A stretch of DNA of 64,000 nt from Candidatus Parvarchaeota archaeon (GTDB lineage Archaea; Nanobdellota; Nanobdellia; WJKC01), in contig JAUWZX010000001.1 of the NCBI GenBank assembly GCA_030615175.1, forward strand, positions 460,044 to 524,043, given 5' to 3'. Made by a program: the position numbers and the translations under genes. The notes under the pieces are model-generated. The model was not told the origin of the DNA. It worked only from the letters and a program-made list of their open reading frames with translations, and did no database searches. Below, piece after piece: positions 28,166-36,936 of this stretch (position 1 is its first letter; each line of letters opens with the position of its first letter).

Positions 28166-28782
28166 AGTATTTTAAAACACTCCGCGTATTTGAAGCCGTT
28201 ACGGTAGCCGTAATAAATTGCTTTAATAATTATTAATGGTTTTAATAATTTAATGATTATGCCTTGACTCTTAATCATGTTTAATGCCTTAATTTTCTCC
28301 TTGAAAGTGTCAGTGATGTCATAAACTACTTGTATCTTGTTAGGACTTAAATTCCAGAAGTTAACGTCAAAAGTGTAGACTTGAGTGTTAATGAATGATT
28401 CTTTAACTGCTTTAAGCACTGTTTCATTAACCGCCCTGTGGTCTGGATGACTGTCAGTTCTTGTGTGAACAAACACTTTGCTAGGCTTATATTTTAATAA
28501 TATTTCCTTAACTTTTTTAACCGCGTCATCAACATTCTTCTTTAACTGCATGTCCCTGTAACCAAGCAAGTATGTTTTATTTATTCCAAGCACGTCCTTT
28601 ATTTTCTGAGTTTCTTCTTTCCTAATACTTGTTACTTTCTCATAATTCTTCCAGAATGGGTATTTATCACCCATGCTGAATATCACTGTTATTATCTTTT
28701 CTTTTTTACTTATTTTTGCTATTGTTCCTCCAAGACCTATTACTTCATCATCCGGGTGGGCTGCGAAGACTAATACTGTCAT
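28162..28782 (-). CDS. PIG-L/LmbE family N-acetylglucosaminyl deacetylase
   Basis: AHPDDEVIGLGGT and HPDHRAV motifs. Overlaps the downstream GT gene by 4 nt. Confidence 0.8.
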   Translation of the reverse strand: MTVLVFAAHPDDEVIGLGGTIAKISKKEKIITVIFSMGDKYPFWKNYEKVTSIRKEETQKIKDVLGINKTYLLGYRDMQLKKNVDDAVKKVKEILLKYKPSKVFVHTRTDSHPDHRAVNETVLKAVKESFINTQVYTFDVNFWNLSPNKIQVVYDITDTFKEKIKALNMIKSQGIIIKLLKPLIIIKAIYYGYRNGFKYAECFKIL

Positions 28783-28822
28783 GATAATTATTAAAAAGTT
28801 CTTTTCCCTTTATATATCTTTA

Positions 28823-29518
28823 ATGACAAGAGTTTTATTAATTGCTGACGCGCATTCTAACTGGCCTGCACTTAAAGCATTGCATGAGGATGTTGGAAGC
28901 GTTGAATTCGTTATTCACGCAGGCGACTCAATTGGTTACGGTCCATTCCCTAATGAAGTTATTGGCTGGATGAGGAAACATGCTGATGTTAATGTTGTAG
29001 GCAATCATGATTACGTTATTATTTCAGGCAATTACTCAGGTTTTGGTGATAATTCACAGATTGTTTTAAAATGGACTGATGAATTAATCACTGCTCAGAA
29101 CCTTCGTTATTTAAGCAATCTTAAGGATGTATGGACTGGCAGTGTTGGAGGCGTTAAGTTTGGCGTTGTTCATGGCGGACTAACTGACCCTCATAATGAG
29201 TTCATTCACCCTTATACTAATGAGTCATTAATTAATGACTATTTTAAGCGGTTAGGCGTCAACGTTTTAGTTACAGGGCATGTTCATCAATTATTTGTCA
29301 GGGAATTCTCTTCTGGTTTACTTATCAATCCAGGCAGTCTTGGGCAACCAAGGGATGGCAATCCGCAGCCAAGTTATGTATTATTAAACGTTGATGGCGG
29401 CCGCATAACCAAAATTGAACCTCACCGTTTTAATTATAACATTGATGAATTTAAGGATAAGTTATTAAGCGAGAAACTGCCAAGCGTTTTTGCTACCCGG
29501 CTTTACGAGGGGCGCTAA
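28823..29518 (+). CDS. metallophosphoesterase (YfcE/MJ0936-like)
   Basis: DAHSN, GDSIGYG, GNHD and GHVH motifs. Start moved to the ATG at 28823, because the longer ORF is antisense to the PIG-L gene. Confidence 0.8.
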   Translation: MTRVLLIADAHSNWPALKALHEDVGSVEFVIHAGDSIGYGPFPNEVIGWMRKHADVNVVGNHDYVIISGNYSGFGDNSQIVLKWTDELITAQNLRYLSNLKDVWTGSVGGVKFGVVHGGLTDPHNEFIHPYTNESLINDYFKRLGVNVLVTGHVHQLFVREFSSGLLINPGSLGQPRDGNPQPSYVLLNVDGGRITKIEPHRFNYNIDEFKDKLLSEKLPSVFATRLYEGR

Positions 29519-30123
29519 TCACTTTCTAAGACTTCATTCTTAAGGGTTATTGCTCTGCTGCTCATTTTCTTCTTTGTATAAATGCCTGCAATGAGTAGTG
29601 AAATAATTAATGCTCCGAAAATAATTATTCCTATGTCTTCATAAGCTGTGAACACGCTTCCAAGCGTTGCGTAAAGAATTACTCTTGGAATTGTTCCTAG
29701 TGAGTTGTAAATAGTGAATGATTTGAAGCTCATGCTCGTGACGCCTGATAAGTAACTGATTGGGTCGTAAGGCACGAAAGGTATTAATCGTCCAATGAGA
29801 ACTCCTTTATCGCCCCATTTATCAACCCATGAGTCCATGAATTTAAGTGTTTCCTCTCCCAGTAATTTTTTAATTATTGGTCTGCCTCCCTTTTTGGCTA
29901 TGTAAAAGCAAAGGCTTGCACCTGCTATTGAGCCTAGGATTGCCCATAAGTACACACTCCATAATGGTTTTATGAACATTCCTGCTGCGGCGATTACTCC
30001 TTCGCTTGGTATGAAGATTATTATTGCTTGAACTATCATGCCTATGAATAATCCTATAGGACCCATTAATTGGATGAAGAATTCAATTATGCCTATTAGT
30101 GGCGCGAATAATTCGTTCAGCAT
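29515..30123 (-). CDS. DedA/VTT-domain membrane protein
   Basis: IFIPSEGVIAAAGMF and GRLIPFVPYDPISYLSG are typical DedA motifs. Confidence 0.75.
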   Translation of the reverse strand: MLNELFAPLIGIIEFFIQLMGPIGLFIGMIVQAIIIFIPSEGVIAAAGMFIKPLWSVYLWAILGSIAGASLCFYIAKKGGRPIIKKLLGEETLKFMDSWVDKWGDKGVLIGRLIPFVPYDPISYLSGVTSMSFKSFTIYNSLGTIPRVILYATLGSVFTAYEDIGIIIFGALIISLLIAGIYTKKKMSSRAITLKNEVLESD

Positions 30124-30145
30124 TTTTTTTTTAATAACCTCCTTA

Positions 30146-30391
30146 TTATTTAGCTCTTGTGCTTATCAGAGTGCTTGACCTTTCTATTTCAGTGTTCTTG
30201 CGTATGTTTATCACGAATTCTCTTAATTTATTCATTGTTGGCAATGAGACTTTTATTATTATGTCATACTCGCCGTAAACAACGTTTGCTTCCTTTACTT
30301 CCCTCATCCTGTTTAATTTCAGTGCTATTTTATTCTCCATTCCTGGTTTCGCATTTAATAATAAATAAGCTGTTACCATAATTGTTTTCAT
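30146..30391 (-). CDS. stand-alone Lrp/AsnC-type ligand-binding (RAM) domain protein
   Basis: 81 aa. AYLLLNAKPG...EVKEANVVYGEYDIIIKV pattern with no HTH. Confidence 0.6.
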   Translation of the reverse strand: MKTIMVTAYLLLNAKPGMENKIALKLNRMREVKEANVVYGEYDIIIKVSLPTMNKLREFVINIRKNTEIERSSTLISTRAK

Positions 30392-30416
30392 AATACCTTG
30401 TTTTTAAAACTTTTCC

Positions 30417-30920
30417 TTACTTCGTTAGTATGTGTTTTGTTATTAAATTATTTGGAATTATTATTACCTTGCCTTTCTCATCCTCTATTGTTGTTGTCAG
30501 TAAATCAACTTTCTTTACTTCGCCTTTAAAGTCCTTTATACTTATTTTGTCTCCTTTCCTTATTATCCTGTTATTCTTTATGTAAGCGCCTGCAAAAGCA
30601 TTTGGTATCAAGTCACGCAGTGAGTAAACAAAGATTCCAATAACACTGAAAATGAGTATTATTGCTATTAGGAATAATATTTGCTGTGCAAAGCCCAGGG
30701 CGCCGGCTGCTATTACGAATGTTATCATGTAAATGAATGCTTTCAGGAAGTAGAGTCCGTAATCAATTAATGCTTCATTGTAGTTTAATTTTTTGAATAA
30801 TTCTTTTACGGTTTTGCTTAGCAGTGCCTTTCTTAAGTATTCATTAACGTATTTAGCGATTAAGTAACCTATTATTATTGTTATGCCTGCCTGCACAAGG
30901 TTGTACCATTCCATTATCAA
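30417..30920 (-). CDS. small MscS-like mechanosensitive channel protein
   Basis: 3 TM helices, then GDKISIKDFKGEVKKVDLLTTTIEDEKGKVIIIPNN, which matches the MscS beta-domain. Confidence 0.6.
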   Translation of the reverse strand: MIMEWYNLVQAGITIIIGYLIAKYVNEYLRKALLSKTVKELFKKLNYNEALIDYGLYFLKAFIYMITFVIAAGALGFAQQILFLIAIILIFSVIGIFVYSLRDLIPNAFAGAYIKNNRIIRKGDKISIKDFKGEVKKVDLLTTTIEDEKGKVIIIPNNLITKHILTK

Positions 30921-30954
30921 AATTGTTAAAAATTTATCTTTTATATTCTTATCT

Positions 30955-31764
30955 ATGAAATTCAGGAAGAGAAGGCTGCCTCAGGGCTTTTTTGAGTTGC
31001 AGGATGAGTATTCTCTTGCTCGTAGTAATGATGAGAGGATTTCATGCCTTAAAGGAATGTTAACTCATATCCCTCATGGTGACGAGTTTAACAAGGTTCG
31101 CGGCCATGTTAGCAGGCGCCTTCGTGATTTGCGTAGAAAAGTTATTCATAAGCGCGAGCAGGCATTGAAGATTAGGAAGTCTCGCGGAGTTAAGTTTAAT
31201 GAAGACTTGCCTACTATTGGATTGATTGGTCCTCCTGATTCAGGCAAGTCTTATTTTATTAATCATTATTGCGGCACTAGTTATGCGAGCACTAGTATTC
31301 CTTTTGAAACTAAGAGTCCTGTTTTTGGTGTTGTTAATTTTGAGGATGTTCAATTGCAGTTCCTTGAAGTGCCTTCTGACTTGGAGCAGCGTTACGTTCA
31401 ATTACTTCATAAGACTGATTTAATTCTTATTACTGGCGAGGCTTCACGCTTTAAGGAGTTGCTGCTTAAGCATGGCATTAATGTTTCTTCCAGAGTGATT
31501 TCTAAGCTTCCTAAGATTTCAGAGTTATGGTCTTGGCTTGGCTTGATTCGTGTTTACCCTAAAGGCGATAACGTTCCAATCCTTCTGCGTAAAGACGCTA
31601 CTGTTAGGGATTACTTGAAAATCATTCATTCTTCTTGGATTAAGCGCTTCAAGACTGCTCTCATTACAGGGTCTAGCGTTAAATTCTCCAATCAGAATGT
31701 TAACGTGAATCACGTGCTCGCTGATAAGGACGTGATTGAAGTCAGGATTACTGGTTCTGGATGA
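30955..31764 (+). CDS. P-loop GTPase with C-terminal TGS-like domain (DRG/Obg-related)
   Basis: Walker A GPPDSGKS. C-terminal IRVYPKG...VRDYLKIIH...DKDVIEV is TGS-like. Start at the ATG at 30955. Confidence 0.5.
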   Translation: MKFRKRRLPQGFFELQDEYSLARSNDERISCLKGMLTHIPHGDEFNKVRGHVSRRLRDLRRKVIHKREQALKIRKSRGVKFNEDLPTIGLIGPPDSGKSYFINHYCGTSYASTSIPFETKSPVFGVVNFEDVQLQFLEVPSDLEQRYVQLLHKTDLILITGEASRFKELLLKHGINVSSRVISKLPKISELWSWLGLIRVYPKGDNVPILLRKDATVRDYLKIIHSSWIKRFKTALITGSSVKFSNQNVNVNHVLADKDVIEVRITGSG

Positions 31765-31769
31765 TTCTT

Positions 31770-32717
31770 TTAAGCTAGTCTTAAGTGTTTTTCAGCGTAT
31801 AATCCCAGTGTTTTCCTTGCATTAGGTTCAATGTTTAGTTCTTTTAATGCTTGGCTTGGAGGCATCCATACATAATCTTCTGCTTCATGATTTAATATTA
31901 CTTTCCTGTTCCTTGCTTCTACGACATTGTCAGTGAAGACTTTATGCTCGTTTGGTATGTAATAACCTGATTCTTTAATCTGGTCAAATGTGCAAATGCT
32001 TTCCCTTATTCTTGGCCTTAAACTAGTTTCTTCTAGTATTTCCCTTCTTAATGCATTGGCTAGTGTTTCATTTCTTCTTACTTTGCCTCCAATAATGGAG
32101 AATTTATTGCCCCACTTATGCGTTTGCACTAATAAAACATCCCTTTCCTGTCCTGGTTTATATTCTTTTTTACTGTAATCAACTATGATTGCGCCAACAG
32201 CTATTATTGAGCCTGGCAGTATCAGGCTTTGTAGCAGTCTGTGTATTCTTTGTTCGTTTTGCGGTATGTATGGTGGAGGGTACCTTTTGTATTCTGAGAT
32301 GTATGCTACTAATTCTTCTGGTTTCCAAATCGAGTTTTGAGGTATGTATGCTGGATGGTCTGCTGGTTTTTCCATGAATACTTGTCTTGTATTAGTCAGT
32401 TGGTCCATTGCTAGTTCGTATGAAGCGCTGGTTCCTATTCTTCCTTCAGGGTTAACGTAGTAACTGAAGCCTTTTGTTCCTAGTTCTGATAACTTTTTAA
32501 GATATATTAACTCTGTTAGTCTTGGGTCTTTGCTTGCATCCGTTTTTAAGTGCATGAAACCATTTGTTTCACCTGTTATTTCTGTAATGCTTGGAGCAAT
32601 AACTTCTATTCCTGCTTCATTGAATATTTCTGCAACTTTTTTAATTAAGTCATAGTGTTTTCTAAAACTGCCGTGAAGAATGCATTTAATTTTCCTTTCA
32701 TCCATTATTAGTTTCAT
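31770..32717 (-). CDS. Nudix hydrolase fused to an N-terminal Rossmann-like (nucleoside 2-deoxyribosyltransferase-like) domain
   Basis: Intact Nudix box GGKVRRNETLANALRREILEETSL. The N-terminal 130 aa (GSFRKHY...IGTSASYELA) resemble NDT-like folds; that part is inference. Confidence 0.6.
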   Translation of the reverse strand: MKLIMDERKIKCILHGSFRKHYDLIKKVAEIFNEAGIEVIAPSITEITGETNGFMHLKTDASKDPRLTELIYLKKLSELGTKGFSYYVNPEGRIGTSASYELAMDQLTNTRQVFMEKPADHPAYIPQNSIWKPEELVAYISEYKRYPPPYIPQNEQRIHRLLQSLILPGSIIAVGAIIVDYSKKEYKPGQERDVLLVQTHKWGNKFSIIGGKVRRNETLANALRREILEETSLRPRIRESICTFDQIKESGYYIPNEHKVFTDNVVEARNRKVILNHEAEDYVWMPPSQALKELNIEPNARKTLGLYAEKHLRLA

Positions 32718-32797
32718 TAATGTTTTAATTAATAATGATTTCTATGCTGTTCTTAATATTACATGGTATCCAAAACGAATGTTCATGAAACCATAAT

Positions 32798-33733
32798 TTA
32801 TTTATTCTTTCTTAACTTGTTTAAGTTGTAATAGATTTTTCCAATTATTATGTCGATGGGTATTATGATTTTTCTAAAAATCATTGATCCGGGGAGTAGC
32901 ATTCCACCATATTCTTTTGGTTTAGTAAATCGTTTCTTGGATGAGTTTAGAGTAACGTTTGCGAGTATGATTCCTTCATCATGTTTTAATTCACTTTTAA
33001 CTGTCCCGTTTGAGTCTATGATTCTTGACATTCCCCTGAACTTGAAGGTGTTTGGGGTTACTAGTTTGCCTATGATCCCCGGCAGTTTCTTCATTGGTCC
33101 TACTTGGTTTACGAAGATTACTGGTATCCCCAGTGTTCTTGCGTAAAGTGGAGCAAGTTTAGTAATCTTTTCATTAACCTTTTTACAATCAGTCTTGCTT
33201 AAGAACCTGCTAGTCTTATATGGAGTTGGACTGGCATGAGGCATTAACATTAAATCAACTGATTCCCTATTCATTAGTTTAGGGAGTGATGAATATACAT
33301 TATCAGCGCATATACCAACTCCTATTTTACCTATTTCAGTGTTAATTATATGTGATCCTTTACCGCGCTTAAAGACATAGGCTTCAGCATTACTTTTCCT
33401 AACCTTGCCCGCTATTTCTCCTTTCGGGTTTGTTAAAATAAATGAGTTATAGAAATCTTTTCCATCTGTCTCAACAAATCCTGCTCCTAAATAAACCTTT
33501 AATCTTCTGGAGGTTTGTTTAAGCCAATTTACAGTTAACCCATTTAATGTTTCTGCATAATTCCATACTTCTTTGGTTATTATATACCCTGACGAGAATA
33601 GTTCAGGTAACACTACTAGTTTAGCTCCTTTCTTGGCTACTTTTTCAATCATGGCTGTTGCGTGTTCAAGATTCTCCTTAATAAGACCTGGTTTTGATTC
33701 TACTTGAATTACAGCAACCCGAATATTCTTCAT
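32798..33733 (-). CDS. carbon-nitrogen hydrolase (nitrilase superfamily)
   Basis: VVLPELFSSGY (Glu) and GVGICAD (Cys) catalytic motifs. Start at the ATG at 33733 (MKNIRVAVIQ). Confidence 0.75.
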   Translation of the reverse strand: MKNIRVAVIQVESKPGLIKENLEHATAMIEKVAKKGAKLVVLPELFSSGYIITKEVWNYAETLNGLTVNWLKQTSRRLKVYLGAGFVETDGKDFYNSFILTNPKGEIAGKVRKSNAEAYVFKRGKGSHIINTEIGKIGVGICADNVYSSLPKLMNRESVDLMLMPHASPTPYKTSRFLSKTDCKKVNEKITKLAPLYARTLGIPVIFVNQVGPMKKLPGIIGKLVTPNTFKFRGMSRIIDSNGTVKSELKHDEGIILANVTLNSSKKRFTKPKEYGGMLLPGSMIFRKIIIPIDIIIGKIYYNLNKLRKNK

Positions 33734-33853
33734 AATCTTATTTAAGTTGATCAAGTTATTAAAAACTACGCCATCCTTAAAATCACATGCTGCCTGAAGT
33801 GGTTGCACTGGTTGCCACAAATTAATAAAGGTGGTATTGCTTGAGGATTATTA

Positions 33854-34267
33854 ATGGCAAAAACCGCTATTGTTTACAAGACTATTCATGGTTCAACTAA
33901 GAAGTATGCCTTATGGCTTAGTAAGGATTTGAAGTGTAAGGTTTTTGAGATGGATTCAGTTAAGCCAGCTGATTTGAAGAGGTTTTCAGAGTTCATCGTG
34001 ATGTCTGGCACTTATGGTAGTCGAATGCCTCTTACAGGTTTCTTGAAGAAGAATTGGGATTTATTAAAGGATAAGAAGATTACTATCGTGGCTGTTGGCG
34101 TGGCGTCAGAGGATAATTTGTGGAGTAAGTTGTCTTATATTATGATTCCTCGTAAGATTCGAAAGAAATCAAAGTATTTCAAGATTCAAGGAGTGTACAA
34201 GGGTAAAGGCGGGCCTGTTAGGAAATCTAATTTGAAGCGGGTAATAGATTATTTGAAGAAGAAATAA
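33854..34267 (+). CDS. flavodoxin-like domain protein
   Basis: TAIVYKTIHGSTKKYA is an FMN-loop-like N-terminus. About 137 aa. Confidence 0.55.
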   Translation: MAKTAIVYKTIHGSTKKYALWLSKDLKCKVFEMDSVKPADLKRFSEFIVMSGTYGSRMPLTGFLKKNWDLLKDKKITIVAVGVASEDNLWSKLSYIMIPRKIRKKSKYFKIQGVYKGKGGPVRKSNLKRVIDYLKKK

Positions 34268-34272
34268 TAACG

Positions 34273-34551
34273 TTATGCAGTGCGCAGAATCAAGTGGTAT
34301 CCGAATCTTGTCTTTATTGGTTCCTTAGTCATTTCATTTACTTGCAGGCTGAATGCTGCTGTCTCGAATGGTTTGACCATTGCTCCTCTGCCGAAGTACC
34401 CTAAGTCTCCTCCACGCTTCCTTGAAGGGCACTCGCTTAATTCCATTGCCACTGTCTTAAAAGATTCTCCTTTACTGATTCGCTCCAGTGCTAGTAATGC
34501 TTTTGATAACTTGGAGCATAGTATGTGAGAGCACTTAACTTTATTAGCCAT
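34273..34551 (-). CDS. parvulin-type peptidyl-prolyl cis-trans isomerase (PpiC)
   Basis: SHIL...[21 protein letters not shown]...FGYHLI. Start at the ATG at 34551. Confidence 0.8.
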   Translation of the reverse strand: MANKVKCSHILCSKLSKALLALERISKGESFKTVAMELSECPSRKRGGDLGYFGRGAMVKPFETAAFSLQVNEMTKEPIKTRFGYHLILRTA

Positions 34552-34611
34552 GTTTAATTGGATTAGAAGGATAATCTTTAAAAAGTCTTTCATTATTCTC
34601 TTATTGTTATT

Positions 34612-35118
34612 ATGAAGTCTCATGAAGCTTTAGGCAAAGCCTGGCATAAGCCTAAGGAAATGGAAGGTTACAAGGAATTATTAATAGGGTTAAGAAGCAG
34701 GCATACTATAACTAGAGTTGAGAAGCCTTTAAGGCTTGACAGGGCGCATTCAGTTGGTTATAAGGCTAAGCCAGGGTTCATTACTGTTCACGTTAAGATT
34801 AAGAAAGGTGGTCGCAAGAGGCGTCAGGTTCATAGGGGGCGGAAGCCGAGTAAGATGGGCATTAAGGGGTTCACTACTAAGAAGAGTCTTCAATTAATTG
34901 CTGAGGAGAGAGCTAATAAGAAGTATCCTAACTGCGAGGTACTTAATTCTTACTGGCTTGCCGAGGATGGCAGGCATAAATGGTTTGAAGTCATCCTGCT
35001 TGACAGGATTAATCCTTCAGTATTGTCTGATAGTGAAGCTTCTAGAGTTGTTAAGAGACGTAAGAGGGTTTATCGCGGCTTAACTAAAAGTGGCAGGAAA
35101 ATGCGCGGTTTATTATAG
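34612..35118 (+). CDS. rpl15e: ribosomal protein eL15
   Basis: [30 protein letters not shown]...[20 protein letters not shown] matches eL15. Confidence 0.9.
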   Translation: MKSHEALGKAWHKPKEMEGYKELLIGLRSRHTITRVEKPLRLDRAHSVGYKAKPGFITVHVKIKKGGRKRRQVHRGRKPSKMGIKGFTTKKSLQLIAEERANKKYPNCEVLNSYWLAEDGRHKWFEVILLDRINPSVLSDSEASRVVKRRKRVYRGLTKSGRKMRGLL

Positions 35119-35156
35119 AAAAAAGTTTTTAAACACAGAAGCATTATTAATTCCTA

Positions 35157-35621
35157 ATGGTGAGGGGTAGTAAGGCCAGTCATGTGAGTGTTGCAGCGTT
35201 TAATAAGTCATGCATGGACTTTAATAAGAAATTTTCAAGAATTGAATCATTATTAGGTAAGTTGGATAAGGGTGTTAAGAACAAGGTTTCAGTTTCTGCT
35301 TGGAATAAGTCGCTTGAGGATTTAAATGCTAAAGTTAATGAGTTGTTCACGGTAAGTCTTGAGAAAACAGTTTCTGAATTAAATGATAAGCTGGATAAGT
35401 CTGTTGAATTAATTAATGAGTTAATGATTCACTTGAATGAGAAGGTTAGTGTTTCTGCTTGGGAGCGCAGTTGCGTTGAATTGGAAGGATTATCATCTGA
35501 TTTAAGGTCTTTAAGGTCTGTTCTTGATGATGTTAAGTTAAAAGTCATGAAGCTTGAGACTGATTTTAATGATTCAATTGTTAATGAGAGTGAAATTAAA
35601 GGATGGTTGAAGTCATTATGA
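35157..35621 (+). CDS. coiled-coil protein with internal repeats (154 aa)
   Basis: The motif KVSVSAW(N/E)(K/R)S occurs twice, and the related VSVAAFNKS once. Confidence 0.5.
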   Translation: MVRGSKASHVSVAAFNKSCMDFNKKFSRIESLLGKLDKGVKNKVSVSAWNKSLEDLNAKVNELFTVSLEKTVSELNDKLDKSVELINELMIHLNEKVSVSAWERSCVELEGLSSDLRSLRSVLDDVKLKVMKLETDFNDSIVNESEIKGWLKSL

Positions 35622-36352
35622 TATTCTTGTTCGGTCGTAAAAAAGAAGTTAAGAAGGAGTTTGTGCCTCCTCTGCCGGAAGAATCTAAGAAACTTAAGAA
35701 GCCTAAGAAGATGAAGCCTAAAATGAAGCCTAGGAAGATAGTGATGGGGGTTGCACCGGCATTAATGCAGGATGTTAAGGCCAGGGTTAGGGCTATTAAG
35801 GCAGAGCGTGATGAATTAAGGATGAGGAGTGAGGAGTTGGAGGATAAGTATGAGGACGCGCTTAACAGGCTTGGCGTGGTGGAGGGTAAGTGCAAGGCTG
35901 TTGAGAATTCATTTAATTCTTTTAAGGATGATTTAATGACTGATTTCATGGAGGAGGCTCGTAAGGTTTTGAAGAAGGAGATGAAGCTTCAGGGTGATGC
36001 GGTTACTGCAACTTATAGAAGGGTTTTAAGGATTGAGGATGATTTAATGAATATTAATAAGGATTTTGATGATTTGAAATTCACGACTTCATTTAGTGAT
36101 TATTATCATTTAATTAAGTGCTTGATTTTTTTCATGACTAATTGCGAGTCAAGTGATCATAGGTTAATCACTATTTCCTTGCAGACCATTAGGTCAATTA
36201 TTAGTGATATGAGGGCTAATGGTTACTGGAAGTCAGGAAAGGATGCAATTATTACTTCCTTGCTTAACCTTAAGGCTTATTGGAGGAGTAAGGATGAGCG
36301 GGTTGAGAATTTAATAGGCGTTGAGGTTGACGCTTTAGAGAGTTTGAGGTGA
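35603..36352 (+). CDS. hypothetical protein (249 aa), basic/coiled-coil N-terminal half
   Basis: ORF overlapping the previous gene by 19 nt. No motif recognised. Confidence 0.5.
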   Translation: MVEVIMIFLFGRKKEVKKEFVPPLPEESKKLKKPKKMKPKMKPRKIVMGVAPALMQDVKARVRAIKAERDELRMRSEELEDKYEDALNRLGVVEGKCKAVENSFNSFKDDLMTDFMEEARKVLKKEMKLQGDAVTATYRRVLRIEDDLMNINKDFDDLKFTTSFSDYYHLIKCLIFFMTNCESSDHRLITISLQTIRSIISDMRANGYWKSGKDAIITSLLNLKAYWRSKDERVENLIGVEVDALESLR

Positions 36353-36359
36353 TTTATTA

Positions 36360-36578
36360 ATGGATGAATACGGTATTTACGTAGGTAAGAAGACAGGTAA
36401 GAGGAGCCCTAGGAGCGGCGTAGCACTTTGGAGGTGGACTCTTGTTAAGAGGACTTCGGAGAAGCCTTCAGATAATGAGATTAAGTCTGAGATTAGGAAG
36501 AAGGGTGGCTTGATGGGTTACGCTATGAGGCTTAAGCCTAGACCGTGGAAGAAAGTAAGTAAGACTATTAAGATGTAA
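36360..36578 (+). CDS. small basic hypothetical protein (72 aa)
   Basis: ORF only. Confidence 0.4.
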   Translation: MDEYGIYVGKKTGKRSPRSGVALWRWTLVKRTSEKPSDNEIKSEIRKKGGLMGYAMRLKPRPWKKVSKTIKM

Positions 36579-36579
36579 A

Positions 36580-36586
36580 TTTTTTT
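36580..36586 (+). terminator. oligo-T archaeal terminator candidate
   Basis: A T7 run starts within the stop codon of the gene ending at 36578 and is followed by two hairpins (CCACTT-ATGA-AGTGG and GAAACTTT-TAG-AAAGTTTC). Confidence 0.45.
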
Positions 36587-36704
36587 GTGGGGGAATTATA
36601 GCCACTTATGAAGTGGTATAGGCTATCTTAGGATTTCCTTTGAAACTTTTAGAAAGTTTCATCAAAAGAAACGTTTTTAAGTCTTTATTATTATTTATTT
36701 ACTT

Positions 36705-36770
36705 GTGGATGATGACGCTCATTGAGCGGCTGAGGCTTATCGGATGATTAAGGCTATTTATCACTGAGAG
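36705..36770 (+). ncRNA. candidate C/D-box sRNA
   Basis: C box ATGATGA 36709-36715, D' CTGA 36730-36733, C' ATGATTA 36744-36750, D CTGA 36764-36767. The spacers are 14 and 13 nt, slightly longer than the canonical 12 or so. The first spacer is itself the palindrome CGCTCATTGAGCG. Confidence 0.35.
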
Positions 36771-36836
36771 CTTAAAGTTCAATGACGTGTAAACCGCACA
36801 ATGACGAGCTAAATCAAAAGCCAATGAATGAAGATG

Positions 36837-36849
36837 GGCGGTCTGACAC
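36837..36849 (+). repeat. cassette-junction element, copy 1 (core GGCGGTCTGACAC only)
   Basis: Exact 13-mer shared with 41982 and 42411. Preceded by ATGAATGA. Confidence 0.6.
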
Positions 36850-36936
36850 AAATATGTCCAAACCGCAGGGGAATCTTTATACGTGATAAACATACTAAAA
36901 CTGTAAATAGTTGAGATTAATATACTTAAAAGTAGT

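Noticed and set aside
28673-28822. N-terminal 50-aa extension of the metallophosphoesterase ORF
   Set aside because: The extension is antisense to the PIG-L deacetylase gene and hydrophobic nonsense. The conserved domain begins right after the ATG at 28823.
33734-33820. Upstream extension of the nitrilase-family ORF (MWQPVQPLQAACDF...), and likewise 34552-34623 for parvulin, 30883-30954 for the GTPase and 4103-4138 for uL24
   Set aside because: Internal ATGs line up with the start of the conserved domains, with operon overlaps, or with TATA spacing. The extensions would overlap neighbouring genes or promoters.
35596-35949. 117-aa minus-strand ORF, and likewise 38417-38791 minus, 43322-43798 minus (three ORFs), 16562-16846 plus, 17120-17771 plus and 62368-62757 plus
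   Set aside because: All are antisense shadows of longer ORFs that have motifs or well-placed promoters. Their translations are Ser/Leu/Phe-rich and low-complexity.
36699-36893. 64-aa minus-strand ORF
   Set aside because: It has no promoter or motif support. It covers the C/D-box-like unit and junction-element copy 1 on the opposite strand, so a non-coding role is more likely.
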